Below, one piece after another: positions 47,232-56,706 of a stretch of DNA of 64,000 nt (the stretch's first letter is position 1; each line of letters starts with the position of its first letter). The position numbers were made by a program, and so were the translations under genes. The notes under the pieces are model-generated. The model worked only from the letters and a program-made list of their open reading frames with translations. It made no database searches and was not told where the DNA came from. The stretch is from an uncultured Chloroflexia bacterium (GTDB taxonomy: Bacteria; Chloroflexota; Dehalococcoidia; UBA2979). The stretch is taken from assembly GCA_963728205.1 (NCBI GenBank), contig CAVSIV010000001.1:512001-576000 (forward strand), read 5' to 3'.

Positions 47232-48764
47232 ATGGGAGCACTGGCAGACACGCTGGGCAACAGGGTCGCCGGCGACCTGATCCGGGCGGAAGACTGGAAC
47301 GCGCTGATCGCCGGCGTCGAAAACGCCGATCAGGCGCTGCAGACGCAGATCACCGACCTGGGGACACAGCTCGACACACGCATCGGCGCGGTCGAGGATC
47401 GCGTCACCGCGCTCGAGACGCAGGCGAGCCAGCTCGACGAGCGCGTGACCACCACGGAGGCGGCGCTCTCCACGCTCCAGGGCGTGGTCGACACGCTGCG
47501 CGGGCAGTTCCGGCGCGTGACGATGCAGACCGATCGGCTGCACTTCGCGATCGGCGAGATCGCGGAGATCACCGCCCGGATCACGGACCTCGGTGGGGCG
47601 CCCCTGACCTTCGCCGACGCCGCGACGCGGCCCTGGATCGACTTCGTCGCGGTCTGGGGGCAGCTCAAGCCGGTCCCCGGCTTCGAGGCGCTGGGCGGCG
47701 CCGGCGACCGCACGATCTCGGTGCGCGTCGACGCGAACGGGGTAGCCCGCGTGCGACTGCGCGCGGAGCACTCGCAAGGCCTCACGGACGAGGTCGAGAG
47801 CGAGGTGCAGACGTCGCTCGGCACGGTGCTGCAGAGCACGAACACGAGCATCGCGCAGACGATCCTCGCCGCGGCGACGCCGCAGGAGGCCGTCCAGCGC
47901 GGCGCCTTCCACGTCATCACCGGCGAGTACGATCGGACGGACGCGACGAGCGTGCGCACGTTCGCGGATGCCTATTACCTGCGCAATCCCATCGACATCT
48001 CCGGCAAGATCGCGCCGATCTTCCAGCACAGCTGGCAGGACTACCGCGCGACGGTGCTGGCGTTCGGGAAGAACGACAGCGACCCGCAGACGCCCGACGC
48101 GAGCATCGGGGTCTGCTCGATCCAGCTCACGTTCCGCGACTGGATCGGGCCGTGGCTGCACCTCGACTACATCAGCGGCGCCGACGCGCTCGCCGCCGGC
48201 TACGGGGCGCGGCTCGCCGGCCGGATCGACGGGGATCTCGCGGCCTCGGTGAGCCGCCTCAAGAGCGAGGTCGATGGGATCGTGCTGAACAAGGGCGTGA
48301 TCGCCAAGCAGCGCGACCTGCAGGCGATTCGCCACGCCGTCGGGCAGATGGAGGTCACGAACCCGCCGCCGTTCCTCAGCCGGCTGAAGGACTCGATGCG
48401 CGACGGCGTCGCGATGCAGCAGGTGCTGGAGTTCTCGCAGGCGACGTCGCTGGGCGACTCGGCCCCGACGACCGCGTTCAGCGCGTTCACCGACTCGTCG
48501 TCGCGGGTGGACACGCAGGCCGAGGCGGTGCGCACGGACCTGACGGGCTATGTGCAGAGCCAGGTGGCGGACGCGGAACAGCGGCTCCAGACCCACGTGG
48601 CGACGCAGCAGGAGACGCTGCGGCAGGACCTCCTGCGCACCGACGGACCGATCCTCGGCCTGCAGCGCTCGCTCGACGAGGTCTCGGGGCGCATCGGCGG
48701 CGTGCAGACCGCGCTGGACAAGAAGGCCGACATCACGATGATCGGCCGCTTCCTGCCCCAGTAA
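47232..48764 (+). CDS. Coiled-coil protein of the tail locus (paralog 1)
   Basis: V.AGDLIRAEDWN start, heptad repeats, then a domain shared with the next gene (VWGQL, D.NG.ARV.L, RDWIGPWL); GAGG RBS. Confidence 0.7.
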   Translation: MGALADTLGNRVAGDLIRAEDWNALIAGVENADQALQTQITDLGTQLDTRIGAVEDRVTALETQASQLDERVTTTEAALSTLQGVVDTLRGQFRRVTMQTDRLHFAIGEIAEITARITDLGGAPLTFADAATRPWIDFVAVWGQLKPVPGFEALGGAGDRTISVRVDANGVARVRLRAEHSQGLTDEVESEVQTSLGTVLQSTNTSIAQTILAAATPQEAVQRGAFHVITGEYDRTDATSVRTFADAYYLRNPIDISGKIAPIFQHSWQDYRATVLAFGKNDSDPQTPDASIGVCSIQLTFRDWIGPWLHLDYISGADALAAGYGARLAGRIDGDLAASVSRLKSEVDGIVLNKGVIAKQRDLQAIRHAVGQMEVTNPPPFLSRLKDSMRDGVAMQQVLEFSQATSLGDSAPTTAFSAFTDSSSRVDTQAEAVRTDLTGYVQSQVADAEQRLQTHVATQQETLRQDLLRTDGPILGLQRSLDEVSGRIGGVQTALDKKADITMIGRFLPQ

Positions 48765-48781
48765 CGGAGGAGGTGCCACCC

Positions 48782-50458
48782 GTGGCACGCATCTACCTGG
48801 AACCCGGCGACGTCGGCGCCGCGGACGCGCGCATGGTGCTCGACTTCCTCAACGCCGCGACGTCGGCGGAGGAGATCGCCGCCGCCGTGGAGCTGCCGAA
48901 CGAGCTCGACATCGGCGTCCGGCTCGCACAGCGGCTGCTCGACCGCCGCGCGCAGCTCGGCTCGTTCACGACGCTCCAGCAGGTGGCGGACGTCCCGCTG
49001 ATCGGCCCGGAGCGCTTCACCGAGATCGTGACCACGCTCTCCGCGGCGCGACTCCCCCAGGGCGACGTGCCGGCGAACATCGGCGACGAGCTCCGCGCGC
49101 TGCGCCGCGATCTCGACGCGCTCCGCGGCGCCGCCGCGGCGCAGCCGTCGCTCACGTTGGAGACGCTGCAGGCGGAGCCGTACCTCGGGCAATCCGTGAA
49201 CGTCGTCGCCCGTGCGACCGCGCCCGGCGGTGAGCAACCGCTGATCGGCGCGACCGTCGTCGTCGCGACGACCTGGGGCCGGCTGCGCGGCGTCGAGGGC
49301 GTCCAGCTCCGCGACGCGCAGTCGCTGCGGCTGCGCACCGGCGTCGACGGTGCCGCGCGCGCGATTCTCCTGCCGCCGACGTCGGAGGACCTCACGGGCG
49401 TGCAGCAGTCCACGCTCGAGGTCGCGCTGCAGGGCCTCGACCCGGCGGCCATGACCCCCGTCGGGACCCAGGCCGGCCTGCAGGCGCTCGCCGAGCGCTA
49501 CCGCCGCGGAGGCGACGCACCGTTCCGGCGCGCCGTGGACATCTACTTCCGCGACTTCGCCGGCCGCGCGAGCGAGCCGTTGAACGTCCGCGACGCACTC
49601 GCGGCGTGGGCCTACTTCCAGGGCACGCTCGTGGCCTATCTCCCCAGCGCGGAGGTCGAGTCCTCCGTGCAGGCGACGGCCGTCCGGCCGCTGTGGGTGC
49701 GCGACTGGCTCGCGCCGTGGCTCGAGGTCCTGCAGTCGCTCGCCCACGAGGCCGCCGGGCTCGACACCGAGCTGGTCGACCTCGTCCGCACACACATCGC
49801 GGACGAAGGCGCCGGCACGGTGCTCAGTCGCGTCTACGGCCGCATCCACGACTTCGTCGACGACCAGGCAGGCGTCGTCGGGCAGTTCGTCGGCCGCAAA
49901 GTGGCGGAGCGCTCGCTGACGACCGTGCTGGACGCGGGCCTCGCGGATGCCACGCGCGAGCAGCGCGTCGCCCTCTTCCCCGGCGCCGAAGCCGGGACCC
50001 GCCTCCTCGATACCGCGCCCACGTCGGTGCTCGCAGGAATCGGCGACGCGCGGGCGGATCTGCGCCGGGACATCCAGCCGCGCATCGACGCCGGGATCGC
50101 CGGGGTGCAGTCGTCGATCTCCTCCGTCCAGTCGCAGCTGACCGATCGCGTCGCCGCGATCGAGACGAGCGTGAGCGCGAAGGCGGACGCCTCCCGCGTC
50201 GCCGCGCTCGAGAGCGCGGACCAGGCGCGCGCGGCGACGATCGCGACGATCACGTCCCAGATCGGTGACATCCAGACCGCGCTCGGCGGCAAGATCGACG
50301 CCTCGCAGTTCGAGGCGTTCCAGTCGAGCACGCAGGATCAGTTCGCCTCGCTGCAGCAGACCACGTCGCAGCTGGACACCACGGTGGGCACCCTGAACAC
50401 GTCGTTGAGCGGGCTGAACACCAACGTCACGGATCTGCGCCGGAGCATCGGGCAGTGA
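48782..50458 (+). CDS. Helix-hairpin-helix (ComEA-like) + shared domain + coiled-coil protein (paralog 2)
   Basis: LNAATSAEEI...IGVRLAQRLLDRR...GSF..L..V..VP.IGP..F; TWGRL; RDWLAPWL; GGAGG RBS. Confidence 0.72.
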   Translation: MARIYLEPGDVGAADARMVLDFLNAATSAEEIAAAVELPNELDIGVRLAQRLLDRRAQLGSFTTLQQVADVPLIGPERFTEIVTTLSAARLPQGDVPANIGDELRALRRDLDALRGAAAAQPSLTLETLQAEPYLGQSVNVVARATAPGGEQPLIGATVVVATTWGRLRGVEGVQLRDAQSLRLRTGVDGAARAILLPPTSEDLTGVQQSTLEVALQGLDPAAMTPVGTQAGLQALAERYRRGGDAPFRRAVDIYFRDFAGRASEPLNVRDALAAWAYFQGTLVAYLPSAEVESSVQATAVRPLWVRDWLAPWLEVLQSLAHEAAGLDTELVDLVRTHIADEGAGTVLSRVYGRIHDFVDDQAGVVGQFVGRKVAERSLTTVLDAGLADATREQRVALFPGAEAGTRLLDTAPTSVLAGIGDARADLRRDIQPRIDAGIAGVQSSISSVQSQLTDRVAAIETSVSAKADASRVAALESADQARAATIATITSQIGDIQTALGGKIDASQFEAFQSSTQDQFASLQQTTSQLDTTVGTLNTSLSGLNTNVTDLRRSIGQ

Positions 50459-52269
50459 ACGTCGACGCCGTCGCGAGCACGCCGGGCGCCGGCGCCGGGC
50501 CGCTCACCGCGCGGACGCTGCTCACCCCCGCCGGCGCCGCGCCGCGCGTCGTGTACCGCGACGTCTCGTACGTGCGGCTGGCGCCGGGTGCGCTCGCCGG
50601 GTCGCTCGCGCTGGACGCGGCCGCATGTGCCCTCGGCGGCGCCTTCACCAGCTACGACTTCGACGCGCTCGCGATCGCGGAGCCGACGCTGCAAGCCTCG
50701 ACGCGCAGCCTCGGCGGAGGCACGGTCGCGGTGGAGCTCGGCGCGCCGCGTCGCCTCCGTTCGATCCAGGTCGCTCACGGCAAGGTGCCGTCGACCGGGT
50801 ACACGCTCGAGGTCTACCGGCTCGACGGCGACACGCCGTCCGGCCAGCCGACCACGACCGCGACGAACGCGATCGAGACCGCCAACGTGGTCGGCGAGGC
50901 CGTCGTCGTCGGAGGTGCGGGCGGGGGCGACGTCGTGGCCGGGGCGACGGAGAACGCATACGTGCTCGAGGCCCGCCGCACCTTCTGGGTGGACTTCACC
51001 GATGCGCGCTTCGCGCTGCGGCTGAAGCAGCCCGGCGGGGGCTACGTCACGAGCCTTGCGCCCGGCGACGTCGACGTCGTCTCCGTGCGCAGCTACCCGT
51101 CGTCCCCGCGCGTGCGCGTCGCGTTCCCGCAGGACCCGGCCTCGCCGGTGGGCGACCCGACGGCCGCAGTTCCGGTGTGGCAGGCGGCCGGGGAGATTGG
51201 CGGCGCAGTGCCGGCGACCGCGGGCACCTTCGACGCCGCAGACGCGCTCGCCGACGCACTGGCGCGTGGCGCGGCCCGGCTGGCGGATGCCGTGCAAGCG
51301 TCGGCGTCGGCGGCGTCCCCGGTGCCGCCGCTCCCGCCGACGATCGACGTCGCGCTGGTGATCGAGTCCGACGCCCCCTGTCGCTTCCAGCCGGCGGGGT
51401 TCGCGGTCGCCTACCGCCCGGTGACGAGTGCATTCGCGAGCGGCGAGGAGAAGGCGACCGTGCGCTTCGCCGGCGCGGGCGCGGCGGCGAGCGCGCCGAG
51501 CGTGCGGCTCCCGGGCGGGGCGACCGTGGTGTCGGCCGAGCTGCGCGCGACGCCGAGCCTGCGCACCGGGCGGCCCGGCGGGGTCGACGCCGCGGCGGCA
51601 TCCGCGCCGCCCACGAGCCGCGCCGGCATCCGTGTCGGCGCCGGCCGGCAGGCGGCGCAGGTCGTGCAGCCCGACGCGGCGCTCGAGGCAACGGGGTTCC
51701 TCCTCGGCGTCATCCCGCTCGACGACGGCGTCGAGTTGCACGCCGCGCTCGTCGAGGACGCCGGCGGGGCGCCGGCCGGCCGCGTCCTCGCGGAGGGGAC
51801 GCTCGCGACGGGCGTGCCCGGGCGGCCGGCATGGCTGAGCTGGCGCCTCGACGCGCCGCTCGTCGTCACGACCGCGCGCCACTGGGTGCGGCTCGCGGCG
51901 GCCAGCGGAGAGGCGGTCTGGTTGAGCGCCGCCGGCTCCGGCCCGGCGTGCGCGCTGGCCGATGACGGCTCGACGCTCGCCACGCTCACGGACCGCGACC
52001 TGATGGTGCTCCCGGTCGTCGGCGCCGGAGCGAACGGCGGCCCGCCCGGCGACGCGGCGCCACGCCTGGACGTCGCGGGCATGTCCGTCAGCGCGAGCGC
52101 CGGCGCGGACGGCCGCCTGGTCTACGACCTGGCCGCCGCGTTGACTGCCGCGCTCACGGGGCAGCCGCCCGGCGCGGTCGTGGAGGTACCGCTGTCGTTC
52201 GCCTCGCCGGCGCCGGGTTCGCTCACGGTCTACCCGCCGCGAATCGAGTTCGAGCCAGCGACCGCGTGA
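50455..52269 (+). CDS. Hypothetical beta-rich protein of the tail locus
   Basis: GTGA overlap with the upstream gene; GC3-biased frame; no recognised motif. Confidence 0.65.
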   Translation: MNVDAVASTPGAGAGPLTARTLLTPAGAAPRVVYRDVSYVRLAPGALAGSLALDAAACALGGAFTSYDFDALAIAEPTLQASTRSLGGGTVAVELGAPRRLRSIQVAHGKVPSTGYTLEVYRLDGDTPSGQPTTTATNAIETANVVGEAVVVGGAGGGDVVAGATENAYVLEARRTFWVDFTDARFALRLKQPGGGYVTSLAPGDVDVVSVRSYPSSPRVRVAFPQDPASPVGDPTAAVPVWQAAGEIGGAVPATAGTFDAADALADALARGAARLADAVQASASAASPVPPLPPTIDVALVIESDAPCRFQPAGFAVAYRPVTSAFASGEEKATVRFAGAGAAASAPSVRLPGGATVVSAELRATPSLRTGRPGGVDAAAASAPPTSRAGIRVGAGRQAAQVVQPDAALEATGFLLGVIPLDDGVELHAALVEDAGGAPAGRVLAEGTLATGVPGRPAWLSWRLDAPLVVTTARHWVRLAAASGEAVWLSAAGSGPACALADDGSTLATLTDRDLMVLPVVGAGANGGPPGDAAPRLDVAGMSVSASAGADGRLVYDLAAALTAALTGQPPGAVVEVPLSFASPAPGSLTVYPPRIEFEPATA

Positions 52270-52311
52270 TCACGCGGGGCCCGCGAGCCCCGCCGGATGA
52301 GGAGTCGCAGG

Positions 52312-53172
52312 ATGCCCGATGGATGGATGCCCGGCGTGGAGCATCTCCCGAACCCGGCGCACGGCTACGCGTCGCTCCCCGACGGGAGCATGCGCCCGAT
52401 CGCGATCGTCAACCACATCATGCAGGGCTTCAAACGCACCATCGATCGCGAGGTGCGGGCGGGAATCGCCGAGCTCTCCGAGCACTTCTCGATCGATCGC
52501 GACGGGAACATCACGCAGTACGTCGACATCTTCAGCGGGGCCTACCACGCCGGCCGTCTCGACCCCGGCGCGCCTCCGACCTGGCCCCGCTATCGGCCGA
52601 ACACGAACCCGAACCTCTACACCGTCGGCATCGAGCACGAGGGGTTCGCGGTGCAGCCGCTGTCGTACAAAGCCGACTACGTGTACACCGAGCAGCGCCC
52701 GTGGCCGGAGCCGATGGTGCTCGCGACGATCCGCGTCCAGCGATGGATCTTCGACACGCTCGGCGCGGCGGGAATGCCGCAGGAGCCGAGCCACCTGACG
52801 GTCATCGGGCACAATGAGATCGCGCCGATCTCACGGTTCTCGGACCCCGGTCCCCTGTGGCCGCGCGACCGGATCATCACGGCGCTGAAGCCGCAGGCGG
52901 TCGTCTCGCCGATGCCGTCGTTCACCGAGCTGGTGTACATCCGCGCGCTCGCGCAGTTCCTCGGATGGGAGAAGTTCGACTGCCAGCCGGTGCCCTGCGC
53001 GCGCGAGGCTCGCACCTACCACCTGACGTTCGAGGCGCCCGACCCGCCCGATCAGCAGCACGCGGATCTCGAGCGCCAGTACCTGCAGGCGCTCGGCTTC
53101 CAGTTCCACTACACGCGGATGCGCGTGAGCCCGCTGGAAGGGCGCCGCGGATACGAGCTCGACATCACGTAA
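52312..53172 (+). CDS. N-acetylmuramoyl-L-alanine amidase (Amidase_2)
   Basis: IVNH, HFSI..DG.I.Q.V, AYHAG, N..TVGIEHEG and VIGH.EI.....DPG motifs; AGGAG RBS. Confidence 0.88.
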   Translation: MPDGWMPGVEHLPNPAHGYASLPDGSMRPIAIVNHIMQGFKRTIDREVRAGIAELSEHFSIDRDGNITQYVDIFSGAYHAGRLDPGAPPTWPRYRPNTNPNLYTVGIEHEGFAVQPLSYKADYVYTEQRPWPEPMVLATIRVQRWIFDTLGAAGMPQEPSHLTVIGHNEIAPISRFSDPGPLWPRDRIITALKPQAVVSPMPSFTELVYIRALAQFLGWEKFDCQPVPCAREARTYHLTFEAPDPPDQQHADLERQYLQALGFQFHYTRMRVSPLEGRRGYELDIT

Positions 53173-53274
53173 CTGCAGTGACGCGCGGGGGCGCGCGGCG
53201 ACGGAGAACGACGCCGAGCGCGGGCGGCACGCGATGCCGCGAGTGTGCGGCCGGGTGGGTGGGAGTCGCGGGGC

Positions 53275-56200
53275 ATGCCCTACATCACGCTGGGACGCGA
53301 GGTCGTGCGCGGCACGATCTCGCGCGATCACTGGCGCGCCGACGTCACCCTGATGTGCTCCGACCGCTTCCCGGCCGGCGCCGCCGCGCGCCTCTTCGTC
53401 GAGATCCGCTGGCGCGCCCGCCGCGACGAGGGCGACGTCCCGGGGCTCCCGGAGGACGCGAAGCCGATCGTGCTCACGCTGCGCAAGCGCACGGCCGCCG
53501 CGACGGGGGACGTCCGGTTCGACGCCCGCGACGGGGCGACCACCCGCGGGTTCGTCGGCGACACCCGCGCGCTGCTCACGCTCTTCGCGCAGGCTCCCAC
53601 GAGCGGCGCAGAGCCCGACGTCGTGCTCGAGGTGCGCATCGAGGGCGACGTGGCCGGGAGCGTCCCGCTCTCGGTCGACGGCGGTGCCGCCGCGCCGGCG
53701 ACCGCCGTCGTCCTCCACGACGACACCGGCGCGGCGCCGGCGCACGACATCGTGCTGCACGAGGCGACCGTCGCGCTGCGCGCGGCGGCCGCGCCGGTCG
53801 CGCCGGGCGCCTTCCGCTGGGTGAGCGTGCGGCCGGACGCGCTCCCGCTCAGCGGCGGGCCGGAGGGCGAGCGGGTCGAGGTGCGCGGCGCGCTCGTGAG
53901 CGACGCCGTGGGCGACGCGCCGGTCTGCGTGCTGTTCACCCCTCGCGACGGCGGTCCGGCCGTGATGGCCGTCCACGCGGTCACCGTCGCGGAGACGCGG
54001 GTGCTTCTGGGCGACAGCGGCGAGGTGCCCGCGCCCGACCTGATCGGGGTCGGCGCCGGCGAGACCTTCCGCGCCGTGACGCGGCCGCCCGCGCTGGCGC
54101 AGGCGGTGTCGTGGCGCTTCGCCGCCGGGGCCGAGCGCACCCGCGTCGCCGGGCGCTCCGACCTTGCCGCCGCGCGGATCGAGGGGGTCCGCGCGAGCGC
54201 GGCCATGCACGACGTGCAGGCCGTCGCGACGATCGCGACGGGGCACGTGCCGGCGTCGCTCGCCGTGACGCATGACCTCACGGTGACGTCGGTGGTCGTG
54301 GTGCGCGCGGACGGGAGCGGGCTACCGGCGTTCGTGAACCTCGGGGAGACGGTGCCGGTGCTGGCGCGCGTCACGCCCGACGCGCTCGCTCGCGATGTCG
54401 CCTGGGCGGTGGTGCCGGGGCTCGGGAGCGCGGCCCGGGCGCGCGTGCAGCCCGTCGCGGGCGCGGACCGCGCGCGCAGCGCCGAGCTCGCGCCTGCGGC
54501 GTCCAGCGCCATCGACGCTCGCGACGACATCCGCCTCACTGCCGGCCTCGCCGGCGCCGACGGCGCGACGGTGGCGTCGACGGTCGTGTCCCACCCGTTC
54601 ACCGTGACGCTCGTCCGGCCGCTGCATCTCGCGGTGCCGCCGGCCGACCTCGCGACGTGGACGCTCCAGCAGGCGTACGGCCCGGGGACCGCCGGGGCGG
54701 CGTTCCACGACCGCGCGCTGTTGCGCACGACGGGTGCCGGGCGCGTCATCGCCGCCGCCGACGGGACGCTCTCGACGCATCCGCCCGGGGTCGGCGTGGC
54801 CGCGCCGCCCGACCCGGCGACGCCGGCCGGGCCGCCGCCGCCGGCGGTAACCCTCTACCTGCACCTGGCGCCGGCGATCCGGGACCGCGCCACCGGTTTC
54901 CACGCCCGCGCGGCGGGCCTCAACGGCGTCGCCGGCTTCGTGTACGACCACCTCGAGACGGCGTCGCTCGAGGCGGCGCTCGGCGATCTGCTCGACCGCG
55001 CCGAGGGCCCGGTCGCCGGGCTGGGCCGCGCGGAGCGCGTCGCGCTCCTGGTCGCCGGGCAGGCGACGGTCCCCGTCACGGGTGGCCACGCACTCGGTGC
55101 CGCCTCGCCGGACGGCGCCCCGGCCGGCCGCCGCGATCTCGGTCTGGGCGTGCTCGCCGACGACGGCGCCATCGACCCCGCGTTCGCGTACGACTGGATG
55201 CGCGACTTCGTCGCCGACGGCCAGCCTGCCGTGGACGCCTTTCTCGCCCTTGTGCCGCGCGGGTGGCCCGTCATTGACCCAACGCTCACGGTCGACCACG
55301 CGATCGACCTCACCGGCGACGCGCTCTACCCGATGGCCGTGCTCGCCGACCTCCGCCGGCGGTACGCGCTTACGACCGCGCAGTGGCGCACCGTCGGCGA
55401 CAATCAGAAGGCGCTCTGGCGGCGTCGGCTGCTGCGTCGCGCCGGGTTCGCGCCGGCCGGGGACACCGCGCCGCCGTTCGAGTTCGACGATCGCGACTGG
55501 CAGAACCTGTTTCAGCTGGAGGCGCTCGTCGAGTTCTACGTGAACTTCGACGACCCGCATCGGCCGCCGCCCCTCGTGGCCGGGGAGAACGAGCCGCGCC
55601 CCCCGCTGGAGGCTGACGGCGTGACGCCGACCCCGGGGTACCGGGCCATCGACCTCACCGGGGGCTGGCACATCGTCGTCGTCGACGCCTTCGGCGGGCG
55701 GCTGGCGGGCGCCGCGGCGACCGTCGCCGGCTCCGTCGTCACGCTCGACGGCGCGCCGGATCTCCGGCGCGTCAATCCCGGGTTCGACACCATCTACCTG
55801 CCGGGCGACCACGAGCGGCCGGGCGCAACCTACCGGGTCGCCGCCGCGAACCACGCCGCGTCGACGGTCACCGTCGACGGCGCCCCCGACTTCGCCGGCG
55901 GCACGTCGGCGTGGCACCTCCCGGCCGGCGTGAGCGGCGAGCTCCCCGCGCTCGCGTACAACCTCGGCCCGGGCGGGGCGCGAGGGTTCGACCACTACGA
56001 CGCGGCGCTCTTCGTCGTGAAGGACGGCGCCGTTCACGCGAAGTTCCGCTGGTCGAGCTACACGTCGCGCAACTACGCCGCCGGCAGCCAGCTCCTCTCG
56101 TCGCTGCGCGGCAACCGGCAGTACGACTTCGCGAGCTTCCGGTCGAACAGCGCCTTCATCAACTACGCGTTCAGCGTCGTCGACCACGGCGCCGCGTACG

Positions 56201-56604
56201 ACGGGGTGCGCGAGGCGCGCTTCTACTTCGCGACCCCGGTCACGGCCGACGCGGCCGCGCCGGGCGCGAATCCGAACGGCGGCGGCAAGACGCTGATCCG
56301 CATTCACAACGGCAACCACGGCAACCTCGCGCCCGGCGCGGCCGCGGCCGGCGGGACGGGATCGGCCGGGTGCATCGTGTCGCCGTCGTTCTACGACTTT
56401 CGCGACGTGATGATCACGCTCTTCCAGGCGGACCGGGTTGCCGCCGCCGGTGCGCCGGATCCGCACGTCGCGCAGCTGCAGGGCGCGGGCTCGGTGGCGA
56501 GCGGGGCACTGCTCGCCGCGAACACCGTCACCGCCGCGCAGTGGAACAACCGGCTCACCGGATCGTTCTGGGCGATCCGGCCGGACGAGCGGCCGCTCGG
56601 ATAG
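53275..56604 (+). CDS. Putative CIS cargo/accessory protein A: shared N-terminal module, Ig-like repeats, C-terminal YkuD/Tlde1-like domain
   Basis: N-terminus homologous to the 56707 gene; C-terminal LIRIHNG...GSAGCIV matches the L,D-transpeptidase H...S.GC motif. Confidence 0.65.
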   Translation: MPYITLGREVVRGTISRDHWRADVTLMCSDRFPAGAAARLFVEIRWRARRDEGDVPGLPEDAKPIVLTLRKRTAAATGDVRFDARDGATTRGFVGDTRALLTLFAQAPTSGAEPDVVLEVRIEGDVAGSVPLSVDGGAAAPATAVVLHDDTGAAPAHDIVLHEATVALRAAAAPVAPGAFRWVSVRPDALPLSGGPEGERVEVRGALVSDAVGDAPVCVLFTPRDGGPAVMAVHAVTVAETRVLLGDSGEVPAPDLIGVGAGETFRAVTRPPALAQAVSWRFAAGAERTRVAGRSDLAAARIEGVRASAAMHDVQAVATIATGHVPASLAVTHDLTVTSVVVVRADGSGLPAFVNLGETVPVLARVTPDALARDVAWAVVPGLGSAARARVQPVAGADRARSAELAPAASSAIDARDDIRLTAGLAGADGATVASTVVSHPFTVTLVRPLHLAVPPADLATWTLQQAYGPGTAGAAFHDRALLRTTGAGRVIAAADGTLSTHPPGVGVAAPPDPATPAGPPPPAVTLYLHLAPAIRDRATGFHARAAGLNGVAGFVYDHLETASLEAALGDLLDRAEGPVAGLGRAERVALLVAGQATVPVTGGHALGAASPDGAPAGRRDLGLGVLADDGAIDPAFAYDWMRDFVADGQPAVDAFLALVPRGWPVIDPTLTVDHAIDLTGDALYPMAVLADLRRRYALTTAQWRTVGDNQKALWRRRLLRRAGFAPAGDTAPPFEFDDRDWQNLFQLEALVEFYVNFDDPHRPPPLVAGENEPRPPLEADGVTPTPGYRAIDLTGGWHIVVVDAFGGRLAGAAATVAGSVVTLDGAPDLRRVNPGFDTIYLPGDHERPGATYRVAAANHAASTVTVDGAPDFAGGTSAWHLPAGVSGELPALAYNLGPGGARGFDHYDAALFVVKDGAVHAKFRWSSYTSRNYAAGSQLLSSLRGNRQYDFASFRSNSAFINYAFSVVDHGAAYDGVREARFYFATPVTADAAAPGANPNGGGKTLIRIHNGNHGNLAPGAAAAGGTGSAGCIVSPSFYDFRDVMITLFQADRVAAAGAPDPHVAQLQGAGSVASGALLAANTVTAAQWNNRLTGSFWAIRPDERPLG

Positions 56605-56706
56605 CCGGCCGCGCCTCGGCGCGCGTGCGCCGGGCCACGCGACGCCCGGGCGCGGCTATCCTGTGCCGAGGCCGGTCGTGATCCAGTGCAGGGTGAGGAG
56701 CGCGAC

